32,000 bases of DNA. It comes from Methanobacterium formicicum DSM 3637 (GTDB lineage: Archaea > Methanobacteriota > Methanobacteria > Methanobacteriales > Methanobacteriaceae). Location of the stretch: NCBI RefSeq assembly GCF_000302455.1, contig NZ_AMPO01000001.1, positions 353,014 through 385,013 of the forward strand, written 5' to 3'. This document shows positions 1 to 16,440 of this stretch, piece after piece; the first letter of the stretch is position 1, and each line of letters starts with the position of its first letter. Position numbers and translations under genes: made by a program. The notes beneath the pieces were generated by a model. The model was not told where the DNA came from and ran no database searches. It saw only the letters and a program-made list of their open reading frames with translations.

Positions 1-42
1 TGTGGAATTAAAGATTTAATTTAAGAAACTTGGAGGGTTAAT

Positions 43-1356
43 ATGAAGATTCTGGTGGTAGGAACTGGAGCAAGAGAACACGCCATTTGTCAGGCGTTAC
101 ATAAAGAAGCTGATATTTATTCAATAATGAGCAATCAAAATCCGGGTATCGCCCGTATCTCCCAATTCAAGATTGGTAGTGAAATGGACATTGAAGGGGT
201 GAAAAAACAGGCCCTGGATTGGAAAGTGGACATGGCCATAATCGGACCAGAAGCACCCCTGGAACACGGAATAGTGGACATGCTCCAGGAAGCGGGCATT
301 CCCTGTGTGGGACCCACACGTCAAGCTGCCAGAATTGAAACAGACAAGGCATTCATGAGGGAGTTATTCACCAAACATAACATCTCCGGATCCATTGCCT
401 ACGGTGCCTTTGACACAGTAGAAGATGCCGGTGAGTTCATCGATGACTTTGGTGATGATGTGGTGGTGAAGCCAGTAGGTTTAACCGGGGGGAAGGGAGT
501 TAAAATCGTAGGTGAACACCTTAAAGACTCAGAAGAAGCTAAAAATTACGTTAAAGAGATTATTGACAATAAAATTGGCGGTCATGCCAGCGTGGTCATA
601 GAAGAACGTCTGGTGGGTGAAGAATTCACAGTACAGGCTCTGGTGGATGGAGATCATTTAATTCCAATGCCAGCAGCTCAGGATCATCCTCATGCCTACG
701 AGGGAGATCAGGGCCCAATAACTGGGGGAATGGGTTCATATTCTGATAAAAATGGTCTTTTACCATTTCTTGAATCAAAAGAGTATGATTCTGCGGTTAA
801 AGTCATGGAAGAAACCATTAATGCAGTTAAAAAAGAGGTAGGTCCTTACAAGGGAGTTTTGTACGGTCAATTCATGTTATGCCGTGACGGACCTAAATTA
901 GTGGAATACAATGCTCGTTTCGGAGATCCAGAAGCCATGAACGTACTGCCACTTTTGGAAACCAGTATGGTAGAATTATGCCAGGGAGTAGTTGACGGAA
1001 ACCTTAAAAAAGCTCATTTCAAGCCACAGGCAACAGTCTGCAAATATCTGGTCCCCAATGGTTATCCTGAAAGTGGAAAATCGGGCCAACCTATTCTGGT
1101 GGATGAAGAAAAGATTAAAGCCGAGGGTGGGCTGGTGTTTTACGCAGCAGTAAACCAAAAAGATGGAAATGTATTAACCACTGGTTCCAGGGCACTGGGC
1201 CTGGTCACCACGGGAGACAGTATCCATGATGCCGAAGAGCGCTGTGAAAGAGCTACCCAGCACGTGCACGGGGACCTGTACCACCGTAGTGATGTGGGAA
1301 CTGATGAAATTATCCTGAAACGTATCCAGCATATGAATGAAATCCGCAAATCATAA
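43..1356 (+). CDS. purD: phosphoribosylamine--glycine ligase (GARS)
   Basis: 437-aa ORF with N-terminal [43 protein letters not shown] and [18 protein letters not shown]-grasp GARS motifs; GGAGG upstream of the ATG. Confidence 0.96.
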   Translation: MKILVVGTGAREHAICQALHKEADIYSIMSNQNPGIARISQFKIGSEMDIEGVKKQALDWKVDMAIIGPEAPLEHGIVDMLQEAGIPCVGPTRQAARIETDKAFMRELFTKHNISGSIAYGAFDTVEDAGEFIDDFGDDVVVKPVGLTGGKGVKIVGEHLKDSEEAKNYVKEIIDNKIGGHASVVIEERLVGEEFTVQALVDGDHLIPMPAAQDHPHAYEGDQGPITGGMGSYSDKNGLLPFLESKEYDSAVKVMEETINAVKKEVGPYKGVLYGQFMLCRDGPKLVEYNARFGDPEAMNVLPLLETSMVELCQGVVDGNLKKAHFKPQATVCKYLVPNGYPESGKSGQPILVDEEKIKAEGGLVFYAAVNQKDGNVLTTGSRALGLVTTGDSIHDAEERCERATQHVHGDLYHRSDVGTDEIILKRIQHMNEIRKS

Positions 1357-1432
1357 ACATCCACAAAAAAATTAGAGTGTAAATAATTCTTCATGAATGG
1401 ATGGAGTAATGTTGAGGGTTAGGGGGGTTTAA

Positions 1433-1996
1433 ATGACCAGATCCAGAAGATACCTGAATAATCTGCCCAATGCTGAAAGAATTAAGCAAATAGCACGCGA
1501 AATACTGGACAATGAGTTGAAACTGGACCAGGCCCTGCAAGACAATGCCCGGATAAAAGCTGAGATTCTAACGCTGGAATCTCAAATTTTATCATTCAAT
1601 ACATGGGAAGACCCTCAAAAAATAAAAAACACAAAGAGTAAGTTAGACCAGTTAGGCAATGGCCTGCAACGGAATGATAAAGAAATTGCTCATCTTAAAG
1701 AGGAGATTTCTAATTCCAAGTCATTAGTAGATGAAGAGATAAGGGAAGGCCTGTCCAAACTTTTTAAAAAGGCAAAATCAAACCGGGATGAAGCACAGCA
1801 GGATATTATCAAACATCAGCAACTGGTAGAAGAAGCCCATAATAGGCTTATGGATAATCCTGCTGAAGAATCTGAAAATCTCCGTGAAGAATGGATTCGG
1901 AATTTGGTAAAGGTCAGTATAGTTGAGGAAAAATTAAAAAACAGTGAAAAAGAGCTTGAGGCGATTAAACGGGTTTACAGGCTTGAATTCGGTTAA
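1433..1996 (+). CDS. hypothetical coiled-coil protein
   Basis: 187-aa ORF, highly charged and heptad-like (LKEEISNSKSLVDEEIREGLSKLFKKAKSNRDEAQQDIIKHQQL); no recognised catalytic motif. Confidence 0.7.
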   Translation: MTRSRRYLNNLPNAERIKQIAREILDNELKLDQALQDNARIKAEILTLESQILSFNTWEDPQKIKNTKSKLDQLGNGLQRNDKEIAHLKEEISNSKSLVDEEIREGLSKLFKKAKSNRDEAQQDIIKHQQLVEEAHNRLMDNPAEESENLREEWIRNLVKVSIVEEKLKNSEKELEAIKRVYRLEFG

Positions 1997-2090
1997 ATAT
2001 TGCATGTTCTAAGATTTGCTGTGATATTATGAGTTGCTGTGATGTTCGAAAATCATCTCTGTAGAATATCACCAAAAAATTTTATCCTGG

Positions 2091-2127
<37 letters not shown>

Positions 2128-2221
2128 TCTTCAGAAGTAATAACAAACTCATAATAATAAAAACAAAATTATCATTACTTCGCTATCAATTTTTATTTAA
2201 AAATAAGGATTAACTTAAGGG

Positions 2222-3136
2222 ATGAGTTATATGAAACATCTTTTATCCGCGCAAGACGCGCGAAACCATCTGGATGAAATACTGGAAAAAGCAGAAGAGT
2301 TTAAAAAAGGACAAGGACCTGAAAAACCATTAAAAGGCAAATCACTGGCTATGGTTTTTGAAAAATCTTCAACCAGAACCAGGATATCCTTCGAAGTTGG
2401 TATGTACCAGTTAGGTGGACATCCACTGTATTTATCCGCTTCAGACCTTCAGCTAGGGCGAGGAGAGATCATTCCGGACACTGCACGGGCAATGAGTCGT
2501 TATGTAGATGGAATTATGATCAGGGCACGTGAGCACGATGATGTCCTCCAGTTTGCCAAGTACGCAGATATCCCGGTGATAAATGGTTTAACCAATCTAG
2601 AACACCCCTGCCAGGCCTTTACTGATATTTTCACCATACTGGAGCGCAAAAACACTTTAGACCTTAAGATGACATTTATGGGTGATGGGAACAACGTATG
2701 TAACTCTCTATTGCTGGCAACAGCCATGGTGGGCATGGATTTCACTGTAGCCTGTCCTCCAGGTTATGAGCCTGATCAGGTTATTTTAGAAGAGGCAGAG
2801 AAGATTGCTGAAAAATCAGGTTCAGTTATTAAAATCACCAGTGATGTTGCAGAAGCAGTTAAGGATGCTGATGTAATTTACACTGATGTATGGGTTAGTA
2901 TGGGTGATGAAGCCGAAGAAGCCCAGAGAATAAAAGACATGCATGATTATCAGGTTAACCAGGATATCCTGGCAATGGCTGCCGAGGATGCTATGGTCCT
3001 GCACTGTCTCCCTGCTATAAGGGGTCAGGAAATAACTGAAGAAGTTTTAAATGGTCCGCAATCAGCTGTGTGGGATCAGGCTGAGAACCGTTTACATGTG
3101 CAAAAAGCTATAATGTACCTCTTAATGAAGAGTTGA
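2222..3136 (+). CDS. argF: ornithine carbamoyltransferase
   Basis: 304-aa ORF with [15 protein letters not shown] (carbamoyl-phosphate binding), [22 protein letters not shown] and MHCLPA-type '[13 protein letters not shown]'. The track start is ATG 2222; a second in-frame ATG lies 9 nt downstream. Confidence 0.95.
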   Translation: MSYMKHLLSAQDARNHLDEILEKAEEFKKGQGPEKPLKGKSLAMVFEKSSTRTRISFEVGMYQLGGHPLYLSASDLQLGRGEIIPDTARAMSRYVDGIMIRAREHDDVLQFAKYADIPVINGLTNLEHPCQAFTDIFTILERKNTLDLKMTFMGDGNNVCNSLLLATAMVGMDFTVACPPGYEPDQVILEEAEKIAEKSGSVIKITSDVAEAVKDADVIYTDVWVSMGDEAEEAQRIKDMHDYQVNQDILAMAAEDAMVLHCLPAIRGQEITEEVLNGPQSAVWDQAENRLHVQKAIMYLLMKS

Positions 3137-3194
3137 AGAAAATTTGAATTTACTCTGTGTGAATTTGTTAAGGTTACCAATTTTCATTAAAAAA

Positions 3195-3222
3195 CACTAT
3201 TCCAAAAACACTATTCCAAAAA
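3195..3222. repeat. two perfect 14-nt tandem copies of CACTATTCCAAAAA
   Basis: Read directly: cactattccaaaaa|cactattccaaaaa, just downstream of argF. Confidence 0.85.
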
Positions 3223-3311
3223 TAGTTAATGATAGCTATCATTGTGAGAAATGGAAAGATTTAAAAAAACTTTAAAAAAATAAAAGCGGAAAAAATAGGT
3301 GGAAAATGAGA

Positions 3312-3863
3312 TTATACTTCCAGGCATCTGGAATGATAATCTATAAATTCTTCAACAGCTTTGTCCAAATCAAAATACGCCTGTCCTGTTTTTCGGTTAA
3401 GAGTGATGAAATACAGGAAGCTCAAGATCATGTAGGCCAGCACAGTAGGATCCACATTTTTTTGAGGGAATATTTCTTCCAGGAACTTAGACAGATGCAG
3501 TATGAAGATTTCAGTAATGGAATTGGAAACATTGTCTCGTTCATAAACGATTATATTCACGTATTCAAAGTTTTTATCAACTAAATCCACTAAATTTAGG
3601 ATTAAGGATTTGAATTGGGTTTTAGGGTCTGTTACTTCCTCATCTAGAACCAGTAGGGAATTAACATCTTCCATTACCCTCTGTTTGTTTACAGTTAGAA
3701 CCTTATTAAAAAGATTTTCTTTTGTTTCGAACTTTCTAAAAAGGGTCATCTCAGTAAAACCAGACTTTTCGGCGATTATTCTGGTTCTAGCACCAGTATA
3801 ACCATTTTCTGAGAAAACTTTTAAAGCAGCGTCTAATATTTTTTGTTCAGTATTAGTAGACAT
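3312..3863 (-). CDS. TetR/AcrR-family transcriptional regulator
   Basis: HTH signature [44 protein letters not shown]. The track starts at 3884, but the third in-frame ATG (3863, MSTNTEQK) has an AGGGATG ribosome-binding-like sequence at good spacing and is preferred here. Confidence 0.88.
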   Translation of the reverse strand: MSTNTEQKILDAALKVFSENGYTGARTRIIAEKSGFTEMTLFRKFETKENLFNKVLTVNKQRVMEDVNSLLVLDEEVTDPKTQFKSLILNLVDLVDKNFEYVNIIVYERDNVSNSITEIFILHLSKFLEEIFPQKNVDPTVLAYMILSFLYFITLNRKTGQAYFDLDKAVEEFIDYHSRCLEV

Positions 3864-4021
3864 TAAATACATCCCTTGAAACATTTTCTTAAATAAATTT
3901 GTTTTAATGTTTTATAATAATCTTATAATAATCAACAGCTTAATAATCATCACCTAATTCTACATTTTAAGAATCAGCTAATTATATCAAGATGTGTTCT
4001 CTATATTCAATTACTTTAATA

Positions 4022-4060
4022 AAGGTTTAAGAACCTTAATTTAATAAGGTTTAGAACCTT
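4022..4060. promoter_or_regulatory. twin palindromes AAGGTTTAAGAACCTT and AAGGTTTAGAACCTT (candidate operator pair or argS 3' hairpins)
   Basis: Perfect 6-bp arms AAGGTT/AACCTT at 4022-4037 and 4046-4060, starts 24 nt apart, between argS stop and the TetR gene. Confidence 0.5.
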
Positions 4061-4101
4061 AACTTGCATCATAAGTATTCTCTCTTATTCTTATCCACTA
4101 C

Positions 4102-5796
4102 TCACATTGATACCGGGGCTTCTATTCCCAGTAGATCAAGGCAATTTCTAATGGTTATGCGGGATTTGTCTACCATGAGAAGTCTTAAGAATTCTTTTTC
4201 AGATCCAATCACTGGAACTGATTTATAAAATTTATTGAAGGCACCAGCCACTTCAAGGGCGTACTGGGCCACAGAATGAACTCTCAGGTCTCTAGCTGAA
4301 TCTTCAATAACGGTACTGAATTTAGCCAGGGTTTTTAAGAGGTCGACTTCCAGTGTATCCAGATCATGGAAGTTCAAAGTATCCATTTTTACCTCTGATG
4401 GAGTGAATCCGCCTGCTTTTTCCAGTAATTTACATGCTCGGGCATGAGCATACTGGATAGATGCACATCCTCTTTCAAAACTTAATGCTTCATCCCATTT
4501 AAATACAATGTGCTTTTCTGGGGATAATCGTGCAATATAATAGCGTATAGCTCCCACACCGATGATTTTTGCAATTTTCTTTTTCTCATCTTCACCCAGT
4601 TCCGGTCTTCGCTCATCCAGTTCTACCCTGGCCCTCTGGGTGGCTTCGTCTATCAGCTCATCCACACTGATGAACACTCCCCTCCGAGTGGACATGGATC
4701 CTTCAGGCAGGGTGATGAACTCGTAGAAAATAACATCCGGACTTTTTCCCCCTAATAAGCCCAGGGCAATTTTTAACTGGTCAATGGCCAGTTTATGATC
4801 CGAACCCAGAACATCCACCACCTGATCTGAGTTTTCAGATTTTTGCAAGTGATAGGCCAAGTCTCGGGTACTGTAAAGGGATGTTCCATCTGAACGGGTT
4901 AAAATAAGTTCTTTTTCAATTCCGTAATCAGTAAGATCCAGGTAGAGCACATCATTTTGTTTGGTGTATTCATCCAGGGTTTCCAGTATTTTCTTCATTG
5001 AACCGTCCCTGACAAACTGGCTCTCCCATACGAATGCGTCGTGGGTGATGTTCATACGGCGGGAAGTATTTTCCACCCCTTCCAGGCAATTACTAACCAC
5101 TTCCTTAAACATTGATTCCAGTTCCGGGGGGTTTTCTTCCTCGTATGTTTTAAGGATAGAATCTATCTGGCTTTTAATTTCTGGATTTGCTTTTAATTTC
5201 TGGTTAACCTGGAAGTAAAGTTTCCCTATCTCCACATCTTTCTTTCCATCAGGATCCATCTGGTAGTCCAGGTTTTGAAGTCCCCAAACGATCATGGCTA
5301 TCTGTCGTCCCATATCATTAACGTAGTACTGGGTTTCCACCTGGAAACCAGCTGCTCTAAGAACTCGGGCCAGTGAATCGCCTATAATTGCGTTTCTGAT
5401 GTGTCCAATGTGTAATGGTCCGTTGGGATTGGCAGAAGTGTGCTCCAGGATTACTTTTTCTTGCTTGTTTTCCAGAGCACCGTAGTCTTCCTGAATTGAT
5501 TCAAGAACCATCCGTGAGAACATTTCCGGGTCAAAGAAAAAGTTAACATAGGGTCCTTTGGATTCTACTTTTTTAAAAGGAGGTATAATTTCAATGTTAC
5601 CTGAAATGTTTTGTGAAATCTCCACTGGAGATTTTTTAAGTGATGAAGCTAATTGAAAAGCCACGGAAGTGGCCAGATCACCCATATTGGAGTTGGGTGG
5701 TACTTCAAATTTGATTTCAGAGGGTTCTTCCCATCCGAGATCTTGAATTGTTTTTTTCACGGATTGAATAGCATATTGTTCCAGTTTTCTGTACAT
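4102..5796 (-). CDS. argS: arginyl-tRNA synthetase
   Basis: 564-aa ORF: [25 protein letters not shown] (HIGH motif), [33 protein letters not shown]-terminal anticodon-binding region. RBS-like AAGGTG upstream. Confidence 0.97.
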   Translation of the reverse strand: MYRKLEQYAIQSVKKTIQDLGWEEPSEIKFEVPPNSNMGDLATSVAFQLASSLKKSPVEISQNISGNIEIIPPFKKVESKGPYVNFFFDPEMFSRMVLESIQEDYGALENKQEKVILEHTSANPNGPLHIGHIRNAIIGDSLARVLRAAGFQVETQYYVNDMGRQIAMIVWGLQNLDYQMDPDGKKDVEIGKLYFQVNQKLKANPEIKSQIDSILKTYEEENPPELESMFKEVVSNCLEGVENTSRRMNITHDAFVWESQFVRDGSMKKILETLDEYTKQNDVLYLDLTDYGIEKELILTRSDGTSLYSTRDLAYHLQKSENSDQVVDVLGSDHKLAIDQLKIALGLLGGKSPDVIFYEFITLPEGSMSTRRGVFISVDELIDEATQRARVELDERRPELGEDEKKKIAKIIGVGAIRYYIARLSPEKHIVFKWDEALSFERGCASIQYAHARACKLLEKAGGFTPSEVKMDTLNFHDLDTLEVDLLKTLAKFSTVIEDSARDLRVHSVAQYALEVAGAFNKFYKSVPVIGSEKEFLRLLMVDKSRITIRNCLDLLGIEAPVSM

Positions 5797-5944
5797 GAAT
5801 TCACCTTGTAAGTGGGAGTTTTTTTGATAATAGTGGTTAATTTTATGATAATCAATTTTTTTATTGTAGGTGTATGATATTAGTAGATTGATTTAGTTTA
5901 GTAAATTAATTTAGTGGATTGTAAAATAAAGCAGAATCAGTGGA

Positions 5945-6433
5945 TTATAATCCACGGATCCATAGGGTTATGTAACCAATTTTAGGGATTACCAGGGGCT
6001 GGTTACCAATACTCACTACTTTGGCCTGTACCTGTCCTGTTGAAACCAAACTCGGGTCTGGTTTGGGATTATTATCTCCCTTGGTAACGTAATATTTTTG
6101 TCCATCCGATCCGGTCTGAATGCTGATTATACGATGGATAACAGGTTCAGGGAACCAGGTGGCATTGTATATGATAATATCTCCTACATTCAGATCAGTG
6201 GGGTTAACTTCCTGGATACCAAACAGGTTGGTTTTTTCTATTACCACCACGTCTCCCCGGTAGAAGACTGGTTCCATACTTCCAGAAACCACCACATTCA
6301 GGTGCTGGGCCAGTATAATCCCCACCAGTATGATTATAACATAACTGGCTATTTCCTTTCCCATACTACTGGATTTTTCCTTAGGAGGGGATTTAGGTTT
6401 TTGTTTAACTTTATTATTCCTCTTTTTGGCCAT
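5945..6433 (-). CDS. signal peptidase I, archaeal/ER (S26B, Sec11-like) type
   Basis: Single N-terminal TM ([18 protein letters not shown]), SGSMEP catalytic Ser box, HRI box, KGDNN box; GGTGG upstream of ATG. Confidence 0.9.
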   Translation of the reverse strand: MAKKRNNKVKQKPKSPPKEKSSSMGKEIASYVIIILVGIILAQHLNVVVSGSMEPVFYRGDVVVIEKTNLFGIQEVNPTDLNVGDIIIYNATWFPEPVIHRIISIQTGSDGQKYYVTKGDNNPKPDPSLVSTGQVQAKVVSIGNQPLVIPKIGYITLWIRGL

Positions 6434-6442
6434 TAAACCACC

Positions 6443-8098
6443 CTATTTTAGAACTGCACCTTCATCAGCAGAACTGGCCATTTTACTGTAACGTGCTAAC
6501 CATCCTTTCAATGGTTTTTCAGGGTGTTTGATGTTTTGAAGCCTTTGCTTGATTTCATCTTCATCTACCATGAGTTCCAGTTTCCTCTGGGGTATGTCTA
6601 TTTTTATAATGTCACCATCTTCCACCACGGCAATAGGACCATTACTCATAGCTTCTGGCGAAACATGTCCGATACATGGACCTCGAGTTCCTCCAGAGAA
6701 TCTGCCATCGGTTATGAGTGCAACGGATTTGATTCCCATTCCAGATATTGCCGATGTGGGGTTTAACATTTCCCTCATACCAGGACCCCCACGGGGCCCC
6801 TCGTAACGAATCACAATTACATCCTGTTCCTGGATTTTACCCTCGAATATGGCTTTGGTGGTTTCTTCTTCACTGTTGAAGACTCGGGCTGGGCCCTGGT
6901 GGGTCAACATGTCCGGGTTGACTGCTGCCTGCTTAACCACAGAACCATTGGGGGCAAGATTTCCTTTTAAAACCGCAATACCTCCTTCCTGGTGCACTGG
7001 ATTGTCCAGTGAATGAATAACTGAATCATCCAAAACCTCTGCATCGATGATATTATTGCCGATGGAGTCACCAGTACAGGTAAGAGCTTCTTGAACAATT
7101 TTATCTCCTAAAACTTTTAAAACTGCAGGAATACCTCCTGCTTTGTGCAAGTCCAGCATGGTATGTTTACCTGAAGGGCTGATTGCAGCCAGGTGTGGTA
7201 TTTTCCTGCTGTAATAGTCGAAAAGGTCCAGATTAACTTTAACTCCCTTCTCTTCCAGTTCATGGGCAATGGCTGGTAAGTGTAGGGCGGTGTTACTGGA
7301 TCCTCCCAGTGCCAGATCAACAACAACGGCGTTGTTAAAAGCTTCCTGGCTCATGATCATGGATGGGGTGATGTTTTTTTCCACCAGTTCCATTATTTTC
7401 TCCCCGGATTTTCTGGCCAGCTGGATTTTCTGGGCATCAACTGCATGGGTGGTGGCACAGTAAGGTAGGCTCATTCCCATGGTCTCAGTTAAACAGGCCA
7501 TGCTGTTGGCAGTGAAAAGCCCGGCACAGGATCCTGCACCTGGACAGGCGCAACGTTCCAGTTCGTCCAGTTCTTCTTCACTCATTTTCCCAGCTGAAAC
7601 CTGCCCTACTGCTTCGGAAACGTTTATAAAGTCCACTACTTCTCCTTTGTATTCTCCAGGGAGCATGGGGCCCCCGGTAACTACTATTGCTGGTATGTCC
7701 AGCCGGGCAGCTGCCATGAGCATGCCGGGAACGGTTTTATCACAGGTTGGTATAAGGACCAGAGCATCTAAACTGTGGGCTTGGGCCATACTTTCCACAG
7801 TGTCCGCCACAATTTCCCTGCTGGCCAGTGAATAGCGCATTCCGTCGTGATTCATGGAAATTCCATCACAAATAGCCATGGTGCTGAACTCGAAAGGCAC
7901 ACCTCCAGCCTGATTTATTCCCATTTTAACTGCATCTGCAATCTGTTTTAAATGGAGATGTCCTGGAACTATGTCGGTAAAACTGTTAGCTATTCCAATG
8001 AATGGTTTATCCATTTCAGAATCGGTTACTCCACAAGCCCTTAAAAGGGAACGGTGGGGGGCTCTATGGATACCCTTTTTTATGTTATCACTTCTCAT
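6443..8098 (-). CDS. ilvD: dihydroxy-acid dehydratase
   Basis: 551-aa ORF: [78 protein letters not shown]; GGTGAT RBS. Confidence 0.97.
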   Translation of the reverse strand: MRSDNIKKGIHRAPHRSLLRACGVTDSEMDKPFIGIANSFTDIVPGHLHLKQIADAVKMGINQAGGVPFEFSTMAICDGISMNHDGMRYSLASREIVADTVESMAQAHSLDALVLIPTCDKTVPGMLMAAARLDIPAIVVTGGPMLPGEYKGEVVDFINVSEAVGQVSAGKMSEEELDELERCACPGAGSCAGLFTANSMACLTETMGMSLPYCATTHAVDAQKIQLARKSGEKIMELVEKNITPSMIMSQEAFNNAVVVDLALGGSSNTALHLPAIAHELEEKGVKVNLDLFDYYSRKIPHLAAISPSGKHTMLDLHKAGGIPAVLKVLGDKIVQEALTCTGDSIGNNIIDAEVLDDSVIHSLDNPVHQEGGIAVLKGNLAPNGSVVKQAAVNPDMLTHQGPARVFNSEEETTKAIFEGKIQEQDVIVIRYEGPRGGPGMREMLNPTSAISGMGIKSVALITDGRFSGGTRGPCIGHVSPEAMSNGPIAVVEDGDIIKIDIPQRKLELMVDEDEIKQRLQNIKHPEKPLKGWLARYSKMASSADEGAVLK

Positions 8099-8528
8099 CC
8101 AATCACCTGTGATTTAGTAAAATAAAATATTGCAAACTTATAATGTTATAAATATTGTCACAACAGCTTTTTAAATGCTATCTCTTTTTAGGGATTGAAT
8201 TATGAAGTGTATGAAACAGCATATTATCATGTTATTTCATGATTACGGATAAATAAATTCATAAATTGGTCAAATTAATGTTATTAACTTTATTTTTACT
8301 TAATATTAAATGAATGGCCTATTATAAGTTTATCCTGGTGAAATCATTCTCCTATTGAACTAATTTTATGGTAAAGGGTAAGTCCATTTTTAATTTAAGA
8401 GGTAGCTTATAAATAACATCAAGACAGAATTTTATTCTTAAGGTTAAGTTCTAAAAAAGATAATGGTTAACATAGGTAATAGGTTAACTCAATCATATAA
8501 TTAACTGAGTTTATATTAAGGTGGTAGT

Positions 8529-10370
<1,842 letters not shown>

Positions 10371-10596
10371 ATTTAGATCATCTAAATTTAAGTTAACTTT
10401 TAAACATTTTTTAAACACTTCAGGTTTTTTTTAAGTGTAAGCCTATAATTTACAAGAAAAATACGTTCTTCTAGGAGGATATCATCTTTTTACGGACGTG
10501 TTCTCAACAGAACGTACTTCTTTAGAAGAATATGTTTCCTTAAATAAAGAATATGTTCCTTTAAAATTACTGGTAAAGTAGTGGGAGATAAATGCA

Positions 10597-11802
<1,206 letters not shown>

Positions 11803-11939
11803 ATAAAGTTTAAATTTTTATTTTATTTTTTTTTCAGATTTTCATTTTTAATCATTGAGTACACATATTCCCCAAATTTTTTTCATGTCTTTCGTCCCTT
11901 TGAATTTAATTATATTGTATATGGAAACTTTAAATATTA

Positions 11940-11978
11940 TAACTTATAACTTATACTTAATAACTTATAATTTATAAG
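11940..11978. promoter_or_regulatory. cluster of TAACTTATA repeats upstream of parA-like gene
   Basis: Exact 9-mers at 11940-11948, 11947-11955 and 11961-11969, then TTTATAAG. Confidence 0.5.
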
Positions 11979-12059
11979 AAAACAGCCCATACATACAGTC
12001 TGTATCAAAAAATTTAAAAAAAATACAATTGGATTTTAAAAAATAATTGGAGAACCATT

Positions 12060-12844
12060 ATGGCAGAAGTAATATCTATACTCAATCAGAAGGGTGGTTG
12101 CGGTAAAACCACCACTGCGGTAAACCTTTCAGCGGCATTAGCACTTTTAGGGAAAAAAGTTCTGGTAATTGACATGGACCCTCAGGCCAATGCCACCACT
12201 GCATTTGGGGTGGAGAAAAACGAGGAAAATTCAGTTTACAGGGTTTTAACTGGTGAACAAACCGTAGGGGAGGCAATTGTTTCCACTGAAATTTCCCAAT
12301 TGGACCTTCTTCCCAGTCATATCTCACTCAGCGGGGCTGAAATAGAGCTCAGTAAAGATATTGGATTCCCATTCATATTAAAAGAATCCATGGATGGTCT
12401 TCTGGATGATTATGATTATGTTCTGCTGGATGTGCCTCCTTCTCTTGGTATTCTAACCATAAATGCCCTGGTAGCTGCAGATAGTGTTATCATACCTATC
12501 CAGGCCGAATTTTATGCCCTGGAGGGAATGGCTGATCTTTTAGATGCCATGAAACTGGTTGAAAGTCGTCTAAACAGTCCTTCGCCAATAAAGGGAATAT
12601 TAATCACCCTCTATGATTCTCGCACTCGACTGGGTAGGGATGTTTACCAGAATGTAAAACAGTACTTCGGTGATACTGAATACATTTTTAAAACCACTAT
12701 CCCTCGGAATGTTAAACTGGCCGAAGCCCCCAGCCATGGGAAGCCCTGTATTATTTATGATGATGAATGTATAGGAACTGAAGCCTACAATGACCTTGCC
12801 AAGGAATTTTTATCACTAAATGAATCTGATGGGGAGGGCAATAA

Positions 12845-12848
<4 letters not shown>
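12060..12848 (+). CDS. ParA/Soj/MinD-type P-loop ATPase
   Basis: 262-aa ORF with deviant Walker A KGGCGKTT, MAEVISILNQKGGCGKTTTAVNLSAALA, VIDMDPQANATTAFG, YDYVLLDVPPSLG. Confidence 0.93.
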
Positions 12849-13273
<425 letters not shown>

Positions 13274-13277
13274 AATT

Positions 13278-13358
<81 letters not shown>

Positions 13359-13637
13359 TATTTTTTGATCCTAGGTGGGGTTTCTTATTTTTTTGGGGGT
13401 GAATTATAATTTACAAATTTTAAGGTGTAATTTAACTTATTGGTGCAATTTTGACACTTATAAAACAGTTTAATAAAAAATATAGTAAAAAAATCCAGTA
13501 AATTATAAAAAAATCCAGTATATTTAAAAGTATATTAAAAATTCAGTATAATGATACAATTTAAACAAGTAAAATAATCAAATTTAAACACGTAATGATT
13601 CAACTTAAAAAAATAATTCCTTAAAATGGTAGTATTT

Positions 13638-14762
13638 TTAAAAAGACAGTGTGGTCTGTCTGGCATGGTTCAACTGGATGAATGGCTCAGCCCTTTTGGT
13701 CACCACACCTAAATTCTTAAGCTCTTCCATTTTGTTGAATTTCACTCCTTTTCTACGGGCATCGGTGATCCTCTGGGCAGATTTTTTTCCTACTCCAGGG
13801 ATACGCATCAACTGTTTAAAACTGGCTTCATTTACCTCCACCGGGAATTCTTCTGGGTGAGATTTTGCCCAGAGCAATTTAGGATCTTCATTCAGGAGAA
13901 TGAAACCATCATCATCCAGAATAATCTCATTCAGTGAAAAACCATATGAATTCAGAAGAAACTGAGCTTGATAAAGGCGGGGGGTTCTTTTCTCTTCAGG
14001 TTTAGTGTGATCAGATAGTGGAGTTTCTTTAAGAGGTTCGAAAGGACTTAGATAACTTAAATTGATATTTAAATGTTTATGGAGCCATTGGGCTCGTTTC
14101 AGAACATCCTGATCAGTTTCATTATTTGCACCGACGATTATCTGTGTGCTCTGACCAGATGGGACCATTTCAGGATGACGTTTCTTCAGGCGACCGATCC
14201 ATTTCATTCTCCGCAGGACATCGTTATGGTAATCTTTGGTGCTGGTGAGTTCCTGGAAACCTGATTCAGTGGCGGATTCAAGGTTCACACTCACCCTGTC
14301 TGCCAGGTTCATGGCCCTTTTAATCATATCATAAGAAGCCCCTGGAATTACCTTAAGGTGTATGTAACCCTGATATTCATACTCCAAACGCAGTTTACGT
14401 GCTACCTCCACCATATTCTCCATGGCCACATCAGCATCCCCTGGCATTCCTGAACTTAAAAAAAGCCCTTCAGCGTAGTGATTCTGATAGTAATGAAGAA
14501 AAACGGATATTAACTCTTCTGGTGAAAATTCAATCCTGTTAAAACGGTTATGGCAGTGGTTGATACAGTAGTTGCAGTCACTGGTGCAGTGGTTGCTCAT
14601 AAGAACCTTAAATAGTGGAACCTGACAACCACCTTGAGTTCGGGCATGATAAATCCCTGGCAGGTTTACTGATGTGAAATTCTCCTTATTCAGACTCACA
14701 TAGTTACAGAGGTCGTATTGAGAGGCTTCACCCAGAATACGCAGTTTTTCTATCTCCATCAT
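13638..14762 (-). CDS. radical SAM protein with C-terminal helix-hairpin-helix (putative DNA modification/repair rSAM family)
   Basis: CxxxCxxC motif CTSDCNYC in [19 protein letters not shown]; C-terminal [23 protein letters not shown] HhH. Confidence 0.85.
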   Translation of the reverse strand: MMEIEKLRILGEASQYDLCNYVSLNKENFTSVNLPGIYHARTQGGCQVPLFKVLMSNHCTSDCNYCINHCHNRFNRIEFSPEELISVFLHYYQNHYAEGLFLSSGMPGDADVAMENMVEVARKLRLEYEYQGYIHLKVIPGASYDMIKRAMNLADRVSVNLESATESGFQELTSTKDYHNDVLRRMKWIGRLKKRHPEMVPSGQSTQIIVGANNETDQDVLKRAQWLHKHLNINLSYLSPFEPLKETPLSDHTKPEEKRTPRLYQAQFLLNSYGFSLNEIILDDDGFILLNEDPKLLWAKSHPEEFPVEVNEASFKQLMRIPGVGKKSAQRITDARRKGVKFNKMEELKNLGVVTKRAEPFIQLNHARQTTLSF

Positions 14763-14928
14763 TTATTATGTGTGGGCCAAGATTAATAAAAATTTAGAAA
14801 GAGCAGATGCGAAGTAAACGCATGGTCTTCCGAATTGAAGATTTAAGATCTTACTAGATTCAAGTTTTTACCATAGTCTTTCAAATCTGTCACCACTTTT
14901 ATTATAAAAGACAGTTCTTATTAGAAAT

Positions 14929-16281
<1,353 letters not shown>

Positions 16282-16440
16282 ATTCAAAGTTGATTATCAG
16301 AATATAAAGTTTAGATTGTTAAAATCTAATTTTCAAATTTAAAATTTTACAATTATTTATTCTTTTTGAATTTTTCAGAATTTTTTTTTAAGATAAATTT
16401 CGCCCCTAATTCCAAAAAAATGTTGTTTTAAAGGTTTTAA

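Noticed and set aside
8099-8528. 430-bp gap between ilvD and thrS considered for a tRNA or aminoacyl-tRNA-responsive leader.
   Set aside because: No cloverleaf-like or TTCRANY-type T-loop sequence was seen by eye, and T-boxes are not expected in archaea. A tRNAscan/Infernal run would settle it.
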